From Bacillota bacterium (GTDB taxonomy: Bacteria; Bacillota; Sulfobacillia; JAJZYS01; JAJYTV01), in NCBI GenBank assembly GCA_021847575.1, contig JAJZQO010000005.1, positions 27,745 to 91,744 of the forward strand: 64,000 bases of DNA. The letters are read 5' to 3'. The notes below the pieces were generated by a model. That model worked only from the letters and a program-made list of their open reading frames with translations. It searched no databases and was not told the DNA's origin. Below, piece after piece: positions 1-10,219 of this stretch (positions are counted from its first letter, which is position 1; each line of letters begins with the position of its first letter). Made by a program: the position numbers and the translations under genes.

Positions 1-624
1 TCGACCCGCAACGAAGAGCCCGAGCGAGCGTCGCGTCCCTTCGACCGCGACCGCGACGGATTCGTCATGGCCGAAGGCGCGGGTATGCTGATCCTCGAGG
101 AGCGGGAGCACGCCCTCGCTCGCTCGGCGACGATCTACGCGGAGATCGTTGGCTACGGCACGACGGCCGATGCCTACCACATGGTCGAGCCGTCGCCGGA
201 GGGCGAAGGCGCCGCGCGGGCGATGGAGATCGCCCTGCGCGACGGCAGCGTGCCGCGCGAGGGCGTGGGCTACATCAACGCCCATGCGACCTCGACGCCC
301 AAGGGCGATATCGGCGAGGCGCTCGCCATCCGCCGCGTCTTTGGGGAGCACGCCGACCGCCTGGCCGTCTCGTCGACGAAGTCGATGACCGGTCACCTGC
401 TCGGCGCGGCCGGTGCGGTCGAGGCGATCTTCACGACGCTTGCGCTGCGGGACGGTGTGTTGCCCCCGACGATCAACCTCGAGCACCTGGACCCGGAGGT
501 GGACCTCGATTGCGTGCCGCAAACGGCGCGCAAGGCAGAGGTGGAGTACGCTCTGACGAACTCGTTCGGCTTCGGCGGACAGAACGTCTCCCTCGCGCTC
601 AAGCGCTACGATGCGGCTTCCTGA
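1..624 (+). CDS. fabF: 3-oxoacyl-ACP synthase II (beta-ketoacyl-ACP synthase), C-terminal part; the 5' end is cut by the window edge
   Basis: The frame is open from base 1. The translation (...[23 protein letters not shown] ... HATSTPKGD ... NSFGFGGQN) matches the conserved KAS-II C-terminal half including the active-site His region. It overlaps the rnc start. Confidence 0.85.
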   Translation, partial: STRNEEPERASRPFDRDRDGFVMAEGAGMLILEEREHALARSATIYAEIVGYGTTADAYHMVEPSPEGEGAARAMEIALRDGSVPREGVGYINAHATSTPKGDIGEALAIRRVFGEHADRLAVSSTKSMTGHLLGAAGAVEAIFTTLALRDGVLPPTINLEHLDPEVDLDCVPQTARKAEVEYALTNSFGFGGQNVSLALKRYDAAS

Positions 625-1270
625 CGACTCGCCACTCCTGAGGCTCGCGTTTGTCCACACCTCGTACGCCAACGAACAGGGGCTCAAGGAGACGAACCAG
701 AGGCTCGAATTCCTCGGCGACGCCGTCCTTGGACTGTTCGTGGGCGAGATGCTCTACCGCCACTTTCCTGATCTGCCGGAAGGCGAGCTGACGATGCGCC
801 GCGCATCGCTGGTCTGTGAGGAGAGCCTGGCACGGCTCGCCTCGCAGCTCGAGCTCGGCATACGTCTGCGGCTCGGCCGCGGTGAGGAGCAGAGCGGCGG
901 ACGCGGCAAGCCGTCGGTGCTCGCAGACACGTTCGAGGCGGTGCTCGGAGCGATCTATCTCGAGCTCGGCGCTGAAGAGACCCGCCGTGTTGTCCATGAA
1001 CTTTTTGGTCCCTTGCTCGACGACCCGCCTCTGCCCCTGCGCGACGCGCGTTCGCGCCTGCAGGAGTACGTGCAGGAGGCGGGTCTCGATTTGCGCTTCG
1101 AACTCGTGGCCCAGGCGGGCCCACCGCACCGTCCAATCTTCACCGTGATGGCCGTGGTGGGTGGACGGGAACTCGGCCGCGGCGAGGGGGGCTCGAAACA
1201 GGAGGCGACAGCGCGCGCCGCGGCGCAGGCATACGGCGCGTTGCGCGGTGGAGAGCCGGCGGGCGGCTGA
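611..1270 (+). CDS. rnc: Ribonuclease III
   Basis: [11 protein letters not shown] signature, 219 aa, dsRBD-like C-terminus. ATG start overlapping the fabF stop is the usual fab-rnc arrangement. Confidence 0.9.
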   Translation: MRLPDDSPLLRLAFVHTSYANEQGLKETNQRLEFLGDAVLGLFVGEMLYRHFPDLPEGELTMRRASLVCEESLARLASQLELGIRLRLGRGEEQSGGRGKPSVLADTFEAVLGAIYLELGAEETRRVVHELFGPLLDDPPLPLRDARSRLQEYVQEAGLDLRFELVAQAGPPHRPIFTVMAVVGGRELGRGEGGSKQEATARAAAQAYGALRGGEPAGG

Positions 1271-1323
1271 AGTCGCATGGACCCGCCCATATACCTGGGG
1301 TCGCTTGCAGACCGCAGAAAGAC

Positions 1324-1356
1324 GAAGCGCCCCGGCGGGTCTGGCCGGGGCGCTTC
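1324..1356. terminator. Bidirectional GC-rich hairpin terminator between the convergent rnc and hutU genes
   Basis: Perfect 13-bp inverted repeat GAAGCGCCCCGGC / GCCGGGGCGCTTC with a 7-nt loop, seen directly in the sequence. Confidence 0.5.
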
Positions 1357-1385
1357 GATCGGTTCAGGTGGGACCTTGGGCGCGC

Positions 1386-3065
1386 CTACTTGCGGGGCTG
1401 GGAAGCGGGTCCGATCAGGGGCGTGTTGATGGGGATCTCCTGCAGCTTTCGCTCGGCGAGCTCGTAGCCGGCGTCGGCGTGGCGGACGACGCCGATGCCG
1501 GCGTCGTTGTGCAATACGCGCCAGACGCGGCTTTCCGCCTCTTTGGAACCGTCGCCGACGACGACCATGCCGGCATGCAGCGAATAGCCGATGCCTGTGC
1601 CGCCGCCATGGTGGAAGGAGACCCAGTGGGCGCCAGAGGCGGTGGAGAGGAGGGCGTTGAGGATCGGCCAGTCGGCGATGGCGTCCGAGCCGTCGCGCAT
1701 GGCTTCGGTCTCGCGGTAGGGCGAGGCGACGGAGCCGGTGTCGTGGTGGTCGCGGCCGAAGACGATCGGGGCCTTCAGCTCGCCCTTCCTGACCATGTCG
1801 TTGACGCGCACGCCGAACTCCTCGCGTTCGCCGAAGCCGAGGTAGGCGATGCGGGCGGGCACGCCCTGGAAGTGGATGTGCTTCTCGGCGAGGGTGATCC
1901 AGCGGTGCATCAGGGCGTTGTCGGGGAACATCTCGAGCACGAGGCGGTCTGTCTTGTAGATGTCCTCGGGGTCGCCGGAGAGCGCGGCCCAGCGGAAGGG
2001 GCCCTTGCCCTGGGCGAAGAGGTCGCGGATATAGGCGGGCACGTAGCCCGGGATGTCGAAGGCGTCCGGGACGCCGGCGTCGTAGGCCTCGCGGCGGATG
2101 TTGTTGCCATACTCGAAGCTCTCGGCGCCGCGGCGCAAAAGAGAGAGCCAGAGCGAGACGTGGTGGGCGATCGAGGCGCGGGCCAGCCTGAGATACTCCT
2201 TGGGGTCCTTGGCCCTGAGCTCGGCCGCCGCCTTGACGTCGTAGCCGTCCGGAATGTAGCCGACGAGCGGGTCGTGCGCCGCCGTCTGGTCCGAGAGCAC
2301 GTCCGGCGTGATGTTCTGCTCAACGAGGTAGGCGAGCAGCTCCGTGGCGTGGCACTGCACCGCGATCGAGCGGGCCTCGCCGTTGGCCTTCGCGGCGAGC
2401 GCCGCCCGCACCCCCGCCTCGATCGAGGGCGCCACCTCGTCGAGGTAGCCCGAGTCGAGCCGTCGCTTGATCCGCTCGGGGTCGACCTCGGCGAGGAGCG
2501 CCACCGCGTCCATCATCTTGCCGGCCAAGGGCTGCGCGCCGCCCATGCCGCCGAGCCCCGCGGAGACGTAGAGCCGCCCGCGCAGGCTGTCCTGGCCGAA
2601 CTTGCGCTGCGCGAGCGCCGCCATCGTCTCGAAGGTGCCCTGGATCACGCCCTGCGAGCCGATGTAGATCCACGAGCCCGCCGTCATCTGTCCGTACATC
2701 GTGAGACCCAGCGCCTCGAGCCGGTTGAACTCCTCGAGGTTCGCCCACTTGCCGACGAGATTGGCGTTCGCGATCAAGACCCGCGGCGCCTCGGGCTGTG
2801 TGCGGAAGACCGCCACCGGCTTGCCCGACTGCACCAGGAGCGTCTCATCGTTTTCAAGCTCCTTGAGCGTTGCGACGATCGCCTCGAAGGCCTCCCACGA
2901 CCGCGCGGCGCGCCCCCTGCCGCCGTAGACGATCAGCTCGTCCGGCTTTTCGCCCACCCGCCGGTCCAGGTTGTTCATCAGCATCCGCATCGCCGCTTCC
3001 TGCGGCCAGGCCTTGCATGTCAACCGGTTGCCCGTCGGCGCCTGGATCTCCCTTGGTCCTGCCAT
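1386..3065 (-). CDS. hutU: Urocanate hydratase (urocanase)
   Basis: 559 aa. N-terminus ([20 protein letters not shown] ... [21 protein letters not shown]) is near-identical to the Bacillus HutU N-terminus. Full-length urocanase fold. Confidence 0.9.
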   Translation of the reverse strand: MAGPREIQAPTGNRLTCKAWPQEAAMRMLMNNLDRRVGEKPDELIVYGGRGRAARSWEAFEAIVATLKELENDETLLVQSGKPVAVFRTQPEAPRVLIANANLVGKWANLEEFNRLEALGLTMYGQMTAGSWIYIGSQGVIQGTFETMAALAQRKFGQDSLRGRLYVSAGLGGMGGAQPLAGKMMDAVALLAEVDPERIKRRLDSGYLDEVAPSIEAGVRAALAAKANGEARSIAVQCHATELLAYLVEQNITPDVLSDQTAAHDPLVGYIPDGYDVKAAAELRAKDPKEYLRLARASIAHHVSLWLSLLRRGAESFEYGNNIRREAYDAGVPDAFDIPGYVPAYIRDLFAQGKGPFRWAALSGDPEDIYKTDRLVLEMFPDNALMHRWITLAEKHIHFQGVPARIAYLGFGEREEFGVRVNDMVRKGELKAPIVFGRDHHDTGSVASPYRETEAMRDGSDAIADWPILNALLSTASGAHWVSFHHGGGTGIGYSLHAGMVVVGDGSKEAESRVWRVLHNDAGIGVVRHADAGYELAERKLQEIPINTPLIGPASQPRK

Positions 3066-3205
3066 GTACTGCCGGCGGCCGTCCGCCGGACGCCACCTCC
3101 CTGAATGGTGCTGAGGTGCAGGCGAAGCCTGCGTGTCCAGTGTACGCCATGGCGTGCGGGGAAGGCAGACGGGGTTGCATGGGCTGTGCTGTCGGCGGGC
3201 AAACG

Positions 3206-4627
3206 ATGGACATGGGCATATTCACGCGCAGGTTCGCAACCCAGTCCCATATGGCGCGCCGCTACGCAGGCCAGAAGACTCAGGCCAAGGACCTGCGCAC
3301 GACACAGCTCACCCTGATGACGGTTGGCGGCATCATCGGTTCGGGCCTGTTCCTGGCCAGCGGTCAGGCGATCCATGATGCAGGCCCCGGACTCGTCGTC
3401 GCGTACCTGATCGGGGCCACCGCCATGGCGATCGAGATGACGGCGCTCGCCGAGATGTCCGCCGCCGACCCGAACCAGGGGTCCTTCCTCGTCTATTCGC
3501 GCCGCGCGCTCGGACCGGGTTTCACCTTCGTGGGCGGCTGGATCTTCTGGTTCTCGAGCGTCCTCAACCTCGCGGCCGAGGCGACCGCCGCCGCCACGTT
3601 CGCGACGCTCTGGCTGCCGCAGCTGCCGACTTGGATCCTTGCGTCCGCGTTCGCCCTGACGATCTCGGGGATCAACTTCCTGACGGTCAAGGGGTTCGGC
3701 GAAGTGGAGTCCGGCATGTCCATCGTCAAGCTGTCCGCCATCGGCCTCTTCATCCTGGTGGCCGCCGCCGCCGTCTTCCTGGCCTGGCCGCACGCGCTCG
3801 GGCACGGCGTCATGAGCTGGAGCGCAGGCGGCGGCTTCTTCCCGCACGGCCTGAAGGGCATCGGCGCCGCGATGATCGTCGTGATGTTCTCGATGTCGGG
3901 CACGGGCGTGCTCGGTCTCGCCGCAGCCGACGTGCGCGATCCCGAGCGCACCGTCGGGCACGCCGTGCGCTACGCCACGATCTTCGTCTACCTGCTCTAT
4001 ATCGGTTCGGTGCTGGCCATCACCGCGGTGGTGGGCTGGCAGGCGGTGCCGATGACCGGCAAGAGCCCATTCCTGGCGGCTCTGCACCACTTCGGCTGGC
4101 CCTGGGCGGTGGACGTCTTCAACGGCGTGATCCTGCTCGCGGTGCTCTCGGCGATGAATGCAGGCATGTTCGCGACGGACCGGGTGCTGGCTGGACTCGC
4201 CCGCGCGGGGGACGCCCCGCATGCGCTCCAACGCATGCCGCATGGCATCCCGCGCTGGGCGAACGCGGCCACCGGCTCTCTCCTGCTCGTCGTCACACTG
4301 CTCACATACTTCCTGCCCAAGAGCGCGTTCCTCTATCTCGTCACGGCGACGGGGTTCCAGTCGATTTTCGTGTGGATGCTCATCGTCGCCACGCAGATCT
4401 ACTACCGCAAGTGGCTCGAGCAGCACAGGCCGAACCACCTGCGCCTCAAGCTCGCGTTCCACCCGTGGCTCGCCCGCTTCGAACTGCTGCTGCTTCTGGC
4501 CATTGTCGCGACGGCACCACTCGCGCCGCGCCAGATTCTGCCGCTCGGCATCGGCGTCGGTGCGACGGCGCTCTTCGCGATCGCCTATGTCGTCTTCCGG
4601 CGAGCGCATGCCGCGGCGAGCCGCTGA
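3206..4627 (+). CDS. APC-family amino-acid permease, possibly a histidine or proline transporter because it is divergent from hutU
   Basis: About 12 predicted TM helices and a GGIIGSGLF-type consensus near the N-terminus. Start is uncertain: ATG 3206 or ATG 3251. Confidence 0.75.
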   Translation: MDMGIFTRRFATQSHMARRYAGQKTQAKDLRTTQLTLMTVGGIIGSGLFLASGQAIHDAGPGLVVAYLIGATAMAIEMTALAEMSAADPNQGSFLVYSRRALGPGFTFVGGWIFWFSSVLNLAAEATAAATFATLWLPQLPTWILASAFALTISGINFLTVKGFGEVESGMSIVKLSAIGLFILVAAAAVFLAWPHALGHGVMSWSAGGGFFPHGLKGIGAAMIVVMFSMSGTGVLGLAAADVRDPERTVGHAVRYATIFVYLLYIGSVLAITAVVGWQAVPMTGKSPFLAALHHFGWPWAVDVFNGVILLAVLSAMNAGMFATDRVLAGLARAGDAPHALQRMPHGIPRWANAATGSLLLVVTLLTYFLPKSAFLYLVTATGFQSIFVWMLIVATQIYYRKWLEQHRPNHLRLKLAFHPWLARFELLLLLAIVATAPLAPRQILPLGIGVGATALFAIAYVVFRRAHAAASR

Positions 4628-4742
4628 TCCGGCTGGCAGGAAGCCTTGGTCGCGGGGGCGAAGGTAGAAACATTCCTCCGAGACGTCGCAGGCCACGCCG
4701 CCGGGCCGGGACCGCCTGCCGCCAGAAAGGATTTCACCCGCC

Positions 4743-7700
4743 CTGTACCTCAAAGAGATCTATCTCTCAGGATTCAAGTCGTTCGCCGAGCCGACGACGG
4801 TGCAGCTTGCGCCGTCGTTCACTGCCGTCGTCGGCCCGAATGGCACAGGCAAGTCCAGTCTCACCGAGGCGGTGCGCTGGGCGCTCTCGTCCGGGCGCGC
4901 CAGCGACCAGCGGATCGACAGCCGCGAGGAGGTTCTCTTCGCAGGCTCGCCGCAGCGTCGCCCGGCAGGCATGTGCGAAGTGCGGCTGACGTTCGACAAC
5001 GCGGACCGCCAGCTGCCGCTCGATCAGAGCGAGGTGGAGATCGTCCGTCGCGTCTACCGTGGCGGCGAGACGGAGTACCGCCTGCAGGGCGTCTCCTGCC
5101 GCGCGCGCGATATCGAGCGCCTGGTGGCGCATCTCGGGCTCGCCGAAGGCTACGCGTGGATCGGACAGGGTCGGGTCGAGGAGGTCGTCAACCAGGACCC
5201 CGGCCAGCGCCGCAAGCTGCTTGAAGACGCCGCAGGCGCCTCGGTCTACCGCGAGCGGCGGCGCGAGGCCGTCCTGGAACTCGCGAGGGCGGATCATGAG
5301 GCGGACCTCGAGCGCGCGCACCTGGCGGAGGTCGAGGCGCAGCTGCCCGAGCTCGCGCTGGACGCGCAGCGGGCCGAGGCGGCGGATACCCTGCGGCGAC
5401 GGATCGCGGAACTCGAGATCGGACTCGGACGCAGGCGCTGTGAGCGCCTCGCTCTGGCCAGGGCCAGGGCCCAGGCCCGGCTCGAGGCTCAGGAGGCGGA
5501 AGCTGGCGGCACCGCCGCCGCCACATCGGTGGCGGAGGCCGCCGTGGCCGAGGTGACAGCCCTGGGCAGCGGACTCACCGCTAGCCTCGCGCACTTGGAT
5601 CGGCTGGCCGCCGCGGTGGCGGGCCGGCTCGAGGCCTACTCGGCGCAGGCCGCGACGGCGGTGGAGCGGGAGCGCGGGGCGCTGGAGCGGCACAGATCCC
5701 GCGAGGAGCGGCAGGCGCGCCGCGAGCGGGAAGCCCAGGCCCTGCAAGGGCAGGCCGCCGCGGCCAGTCTGCGCCTCGGCAAGGCTGAGGAGTTGCTGCG
5801 CCAGATGGGCACGGATGGGCGAGAGGCCCTGCGCGCCGCCGCCCAGAGGCCGCAGCTCGAGGCGGCGCTGGCCGCCGGCGCCGGGGAGGAGGCGCGCCTC
5901 GCCGCGGTGCTGCAGGAGGCGTCGGCACACACCGCTCAGGCCCGAGCGGTGGCCGAGACGCGGGCCGAAGAGATGGCCGGCGCCGAAGCTGCCCTGCAGG
6001 GGGCGCGCCTTGAGCTGGCGCGGCGCAGACAAAGCGAAGAGCAGGCGCGCACCGCGCGCGACGAGGCGGAACACCGGCTCGCCGTGCTGCGCGACGCCCA
6101 GCGCGATGCGGAGCGCCACGCTCCCGGCGCGGTCCGCGCCCTGCTTGCGGCTGCCTCCACAGGACGCATCACAGGCATCGTCGGCACGCTCGGCGGCCTT
6201 GTGGCGCCACGCGAGGAGCGGTTCGCGCTCGCGCTCGCCACAGCTCTCGGCGGCCAAGCCGCCGACCTGGTGACGCGGGACGAGGCGGCGGCGCGTGCAG
6301 CCATCGCCCTGTTGCGCGAGAGCTCTGCGGGTCGTGCGACGTTCCTGCCGCTCGACGGCCTGACGCCCGGCGAGGGCGCGACGGCCCCGAAGATCCCTGC
6401 GTGCCTTGGCGTCCTGGCCGATCTCTGCAGTTACTCGGCCGATATCGCGCCGGCCGTGCGCCTGAGACTGGGGCGCACCCTTGTCGCGCCGGACCTTCCG
6501 GCCGCGCAGGTGGTCGCGGCGGCGGTCGGCAGGCGCATGCGCGTCGTGAGCCTGGACGGACAGCTGGTGCAGGTGGGCGGGGCCATCACAGGGGGGCAGG
6601 CGGTGCAACGTCTGCCCAGGGCGCCGTCGCGCGAGGCCATGCAGGCGGCCGAGTCCGAACTCAAGCGGGTGAAGTCGCTGGAGGAGCAGGAGGGACTTGC
6701 CCTCGGGCAGGCGATTGCCCGCGAGCGCCAGGCGGCTCGGGTGCGCGACGAGGTGCAGATCGAGCTCGAGGGCATGGCGCAGGCCGCGCGGGCGGCCGAG
6801 CAGGAGAGCGAGCGGCTCGCACGCGAGCTGGACGCCGTGCGCGGCGCACAGAGCCACCTGCGGCAGGAACTCGATCGGCTCATGGCCTTTCAGCCTGCGC
6901 AGGATCTTGATCGGCTGCAGGCCGCCGCGCTCGACGAGGCACTCGCGCGCGAGGAAATCGGACGCCTGCAAGGGGAGCTCGAGCGTCTGCAGGCAGAGTT
7001 CGAGGCAGGCAAGGCCGAGATCGAGGAGAGCCGGCAGGGACTCGCTGCTGCCAGCGCGGACGCGGCCGAGAGCCGGCGCAGGCGCGAAGCCGCCTTGCGT
7101 TGGCGCGACGCGATCACCCTGCGCCGCGCGCAGGGCCAACGGTTCGAGAGCGGCCTCAGGGCTTTCGAGCGGCTGCTCGAGCGGCTGCTTCGTCAGGCCA
7201 CGGGCCGCGCCGCCGGCGCCGCCGAGGCGATCCAGAGCCTGCGCGAGGAAGTCGAGCGGCTCGGTCTCGAGCGGCAGACGGCACAGCGTCAGCTGCAGGC
7301 GGCCCACGGCGAGGACGCCCTGAGCCGCAAGGTGCCCGCCCTGCCCGCCGGCGGCGAGGAGGAATTGCAGACGGCGAGGCGCCGCTTGCAGGAACTTGGC
7401 GGCGCCTCGCCCGACGCCCCGGCGCGCCTCCAGGAAGCGGAGCGGCGCCGGAGCGAGCTGATCGAGCGGCTCTCGGATTTGCAGGGCGCCAAGGCGGCGC
7501 TCGTGGAGGTCCTGGCCGCGGCGGACCGCGCCGTGCAGGAGCGGCTCGTCCAGGCGCTCGACGTTGTCGGTGGAAGTTTTGGCCAGCTTGCCGGTGAACT
7601 GTTCGGCGGCGGCGCCAGAGCGGGGCTCGTGCCGGTGGCGAACGGCATCGACCTCGAGGTGCAGCTCCCGGGGAAGGAGGCAGTCCGGCTCAAGTGGCTC

Positions 7701-8015
7701 TCCGGCGGCGAGCGGGCCCTGTCGGCGATCTGCTTCCTCTTTGCGCTGTCTGCCCTGCGCACGCCACCCTTCTATCTTCTCGACGAGATCGAGGCAAGTC
7801 TGGACGAGCGCAACGTCGAGCGGTTCGCACAGTTTCTGCGCCGTCAGGCGGGCCGCCAACTGGTGGTGGTCACCCACCAGCGACCGACGATGGAGGCGGC
7901 GGACCAGCTGATCGGTACGACCATGCAGGAGCGGGGCGTCACGCGCCTCGCAGGTGTCCAACTAGGGGAGGACGGCCAGGGTGGCGATCTGGGACAAGTG
8001 GCGCAAGGGGCTTGA
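4743..8015 (+). CDS. smc: Chromosome segregation protein SMC
   Basis: Walker A (VVGPNGTGKSS), long Ala/Glu/Arg-rich coiled coils, hinge, and LSGGE signature plus Walker B (LLDEIEASLD) at the C-terminus. The conserved N-terminal strand LYLKEIYLSGFKSFAE has no ATG/GTG/TTG in front of it. Translation appears to start at CTG 4743, which is 11 nt after GAAAGGA. The ORF-track ATG at 4800 would truncate the head domain. Confidence 0.85.
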   Translation: MYLKEIYLSGFKSFAEPTTVQLAPSFTAVVGPNGTGKSSLTEAVRWALSSGRASDQRIDSREEVLFAGSPQRRPAGMCEVRLTFDNADRQLPLDQSEVEIVRRVYRGGETEYRLQGVSCRARDIERLVAHLGLAEGYAWIGQGRVEEVVNQDPGQRRKLLEDAAGASVYRERRREAVLELARADHEADLERAHLAEVEAQLPELALDAQRAEAADTLRRRIAELEIGLGRRRCERLALARARAQARLEAQEAEAGGTAAATSVAEAAVAEVTALGSGLTASLAHLDRLAAAVAGRLEAYSAQAATAVERERGALERHRSREERQARREREAQALQGQAAAASLRLGKAEELLRQMGTDGREALRAAAQRPQLEAALAAGAGEEARLAAVLQEASAHTAQARAVAETRAEEMAGAEAALQGARLELARRRQSEEQARTARDEAEHRLAVLRDAQRDAERHAPGAVRALLAAASTGRITGIVGTLGGLVAPREERFALALATALGGQAADLVTRDEAAARAAIALLRESSAGRATFLPLDGLTPGEGATAPKIPACLGVLADLCSYSADIAPAVRLRLGRTLVAPDLPAAQVVAAAVGRRMRVVSLDGQLVQVGGAITGGQAVQRLPRAPSREAMQAAESELKRVKSLEEQEGLALGQAIARERQAARVRDEVQIELEGMAQAARAAEQESERLARELDAVRGAQSHLRQELDRLMAFQPAQDLDRLQAAALDEALAREEIGRLQGELERLQAEFEAGKAEIEESRQGLAAASADAAESRRRREAALRWRDAITLRRAQGQRFESGLRAFERLLERLLRQATGRAAGAAEAIQSLREEVERLGLERQTAQRQLQAAHGEDALSRKVPALPAGGEEELQTARRRLQELGGASPDAPARLQEAERRRSELIERLSDLQGAKAALVEVLAAADRAVQERLVQALDVVGGSFGQLAGELFGGGARAGLVPVANGIDLEVQLPGKEAVRLKWLSGGERALSAICFLFALSALRTPPFYLLDEIEASLDERNVERFAQFLRRQAGRQLVVVTHQRPTMEAADQLIGTTMQERGVTRLAGVQLGEDGQGGDLGQVAQGA

Positions 8016-8889
8016 GCGGACGCGCCAGGCCCTCAAGGCAAGGCTGGAGGACCTCGGCGGGCAGAGCGCGTCCCGGGACGAGATGCTGGACGCGGTCGAG
8101 GAGGCGCTGATCACCGCCGACTGCGGCGCCGCGATCGCGCGGGAGGTGCGCAGCGCTCTCGCCCACCGACCGATCGAGGACATGCCCGAGGCATTCCGCG
8201 AGGAACTCTCCCGTCTGGCCGGCCCAGCCACCGAACTCGGGCTCGCGCAAGAGGCGCCGACGGTCTGGCTGCTCGTCGGCATCAATGGGGCCGGCAAGAC
8301 GACCACGGCGGGGAAGATGGCGTCTCTCTACGGCAGGATGCAGGGGCGCAAGGTGGTGCTGGCCGCGGCCGACACGTACCGCGCGGCTGCCACCGAGCAA
8401 CTCGCCATCTGGGCTGAGCGCGCCGGGGCTGAACTGGTCCAGGGCAGGGAGAGACAGGATCCCGCGTCGGTCGCGTTCGAGGCGATCGAGCAAGCCAAGG
8501 CGCACCGCGCCGATCTTGTGATCGTCGACACGGCAGGGCGCCTGCACAACCGACAGGGGCTCCTTGACGAGCTCGGCAAGATCGGGCGGGCGGCCGCGCG
8601 CGCCCAGGCGGGCGCGCCGCATGAGGTGCTCTTGGTGGTGGACGGAGCCACAGGACAGAATGCCCTGGCGCAGGCGCAGGGGTTCCTCGGCGCGGTGCCG
8701 CTCACGGGCATCTGCGTGACGAAGCTGGACGGCGCCGCGAAGGGCGGCTCGCTGCTCGCGGTGCGCAAGGTGCTGGACCTGCCGGTGAAACTTGTTGGAC
8801 TTGGCGAGGGGCTCGAAGATCTGGTCCCGTTCGACCCGGTGGCCTATGTCGAGGCCATGGCGCCGGCCTGGCGGACAAGCGGGGCCTAA
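7981..8889 (+). CDS. ftsY: Signal recognition particle receptor FtsY, short form without an A-domain
   Basis: NG domain with GINGAGKTTT, DTYRAAA, VDTAGR and TKLDG motifs. GTG start preceded by GGGGAGG. Confidence 0.9.
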   Translation: MAIWDKWRKGLERTRQALKARLEDLGGQSASRDEMLDAVEEALITADCGAAIAREVRSALAHRPIEDMPEAFREELSRLAGPATELGLAQEAPTVWLLVGINGAGKTTTAGKMASLYGRMQGRKVVLAAADTYRAAATEQLAIWAERAGAELVQGRERQDPASVAFEAIEQAKAHRADLVIVDTAGRLHNRQGLLDELGKIGRAAARAQAGAPHEVLLVVDGATGQNALAQAQGFLGAVPLTGICVTKLDGAAKGGSLLAVRKVLDLPVKLVGLGEGLEDLVPFDPVAYVEAMAPAWRTSGA

Positions 8890-8929
8890 CCATGGGCAGA
8901 TCCGCCGCCACCGTGCCCCTGACAGCCAG

Positions 8930-8965
8930 AAGGCCCGATCAGGACCATCCAGACGGCCTTTTGCC
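8930..8965 (+). terminator. Putative ftsY terminator
   Basis: AGGCC ... GGCC stem followed by a TTTT tract about 45 nt after the ftsY stop. The stem is weak and the loop is long. Confidence 0.3.
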
Positions 8966-9272
8966 CTGGCGCCTGGCGAAATCCATGCCACGAACCGCGC
9001 GCCGCGCCGCTGCGAAGGGGCGTCCCGCCCCGCGTGAGCCGCGCGAGCTGTGGGGCCGGTCCAAGAGATGCTTCGGTTGCAGGGGAACACGCTTTACCGC
9101 CCGACTTCATCCATCCCGGACGTTGGCGCCGCAGCATGCGGACACCGGTTCGCGATCGGGCGAGCTCGCCTTGTGCCTTAGAGTTCAGACTCCCCGCCAG
9201 TGATCCGGAGAACGAAGGTGCAAGCGCCCGCCGAGGCGTGCGAGACCTTTAAGGCTTGTGCGTCGTGTGCGG

Positions 9273-9620
9273 TCAGCGCGTCATCGGCAGTCCCTTGCGA
9301 TGCCAGGCAAGCATACCTCCCGCCAGATGGCTCACGTCGCTGAACCCCATGCGGAGCAGCTCCGTCGCCGCTGCCTGGCTGCGGTGTCCGGAGAGGCAGA
9401 TGAGGGCGATCGGCGTATCTCTCGGCCAGTCCCCCAGGCGTTGGCTCGTCGTCCCGAGCGGCGCTGGCACTGCCCCTGCGATATGTCCCCGCGCGTATTC
9501 CTGCGGCCTGCGCACATCGACGATTTTCAGTCCGCTTTGCGCTTGCATGACCTGCAGGAGCTCCTCGGGGTGGAGATCCTTTAGTCCCTTGGGATGAAGC
9601 AGAAGACGCAACCCGAACAC
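9273..9620 (-). CDS. Single-domain rhodanese (thiosulfate sulfurtransferase, GlpE-like)
   Basis: The 115-aa translation carries the IVDVRRPQEYARGHIAGAV ... ICLSGHRS motif (active-site Cys loop CLSGHRS). GTG start is 5 nt after GGGGGAGGTGGGG. Confidence 0.75.
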   Translation of the reverse strand: MFGLRLLLHPKGLKDLHPEELLQVMQAQSGLKIVDVRRPQEYARGHIAGAVPAPLGTTSQRLGDWPRDTPIALICLSGHRSQAAATELLRMGFSDVSHLAGGMLAWHRKGLPMTR

Positions 9621-9904
9621 GGCCCCACCTCCCCCACGTGCGGTATTGGTAGTATACGGCGGGACGGGGCTTCAGACGAGGTCGGTCGGCCAACGTTGAT
9701 CAAGCTGGCCTCAGGCGGCCCCGAGAACACCACGCCTGCAATGCGCAGACCCGAGCCGCAGAAGGCCAAGCGGAAATCGCTCGAAGAGCCCCGCGCCAGC
9801 TACCGCATGCGACAACCGGCCCCCCCCTTCGTGGGGACGGGCCGGTAGTCCGTGCGTCTTTCAGACCCAGATGACTTATGTCGAAAGCCGGGCGCTCGCA
9901 CAAG

Positions 9905-9940
9905 TCGTGCGACGCGAGGGCGGCACGCCTGTCGGCGTGC
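9905..9940 (-). terminator. Hairpin immediately 3' of His-rich gene A
   Basis: Inverted repeat GGCACGCC gacag GGCGTGCC (8-bp stem) lies just downstream of the stop at 9959 on the minus strand. Confidence 0.4.
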
Positions 9941-9958
9941 CTGCGTAGCAGCGCCAGC

Positions 9959-10219
9959 TTATCCAGATTGCTCTCTCACAACGATTATGTGCACCAGCGG
10001 CCGCGGCTGGGTCAATTCGTGAACGACTCTTGCCCGTTGGGCCGCGCTCTCGTGGTGGGCTGCCAGGATGTGCTGCCTGTACGCCTGGCTCGTCTCTTCA
10101 GCGGCGGACACGGGATCATTTACGACGCAATATTCGGAGGCCCACTCGTGGTGTCTGGCAGCTTCCAGATGATGTTCAGCAGCTTGCCGAAGATGCACAT
10201 CCGCTACACGATCCAACAT
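9959..10219 (-). CDS. Small histidine-rich helical protein, paralog A (unknown family)
   Basis: 86 aa. Shares the motif RQAAEHH-x-EAA-[KR]-HHE and a second AAHHxxAA block with the ORF at 16730-16948. Own SD (AGGGAAG) and own downstream hairpin. Confidence 0.5.
   Translation of the reverse strand: MLDRVADVHLRQAAEHHLEAARHHEWASEYCVVNDPVSAAEETSQAYRQHILAAHHESAAQRARVVHELTQPRPLVHIIVVREQSG

Noticed and set aside
1161-3104. 647-aa ORF on the plus strand opposite hutU. The many long ORFs antisense to smc (4767-7961 minus), polC, infB (53747-56116 minus), pnp (59883-62495 minus) and topA are similar.
   Set aside because: They are Arg/Ala/Gly/Pro-rich low-complexity translations typical of stop-poor alternative frames in about 69% GC DNA. 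Each is fully embedded antisense to a well-supported conserved gene.
8890-9272. Possible small RNA (SRP RNA, 6S or tmRNA-like) in the 385-bp gap after ftsY
   Set aside because: No conserved SRP domain-IV, 6S or tmRNA sequence signatures were visible. Only a weak terminator-like hairpin is present.
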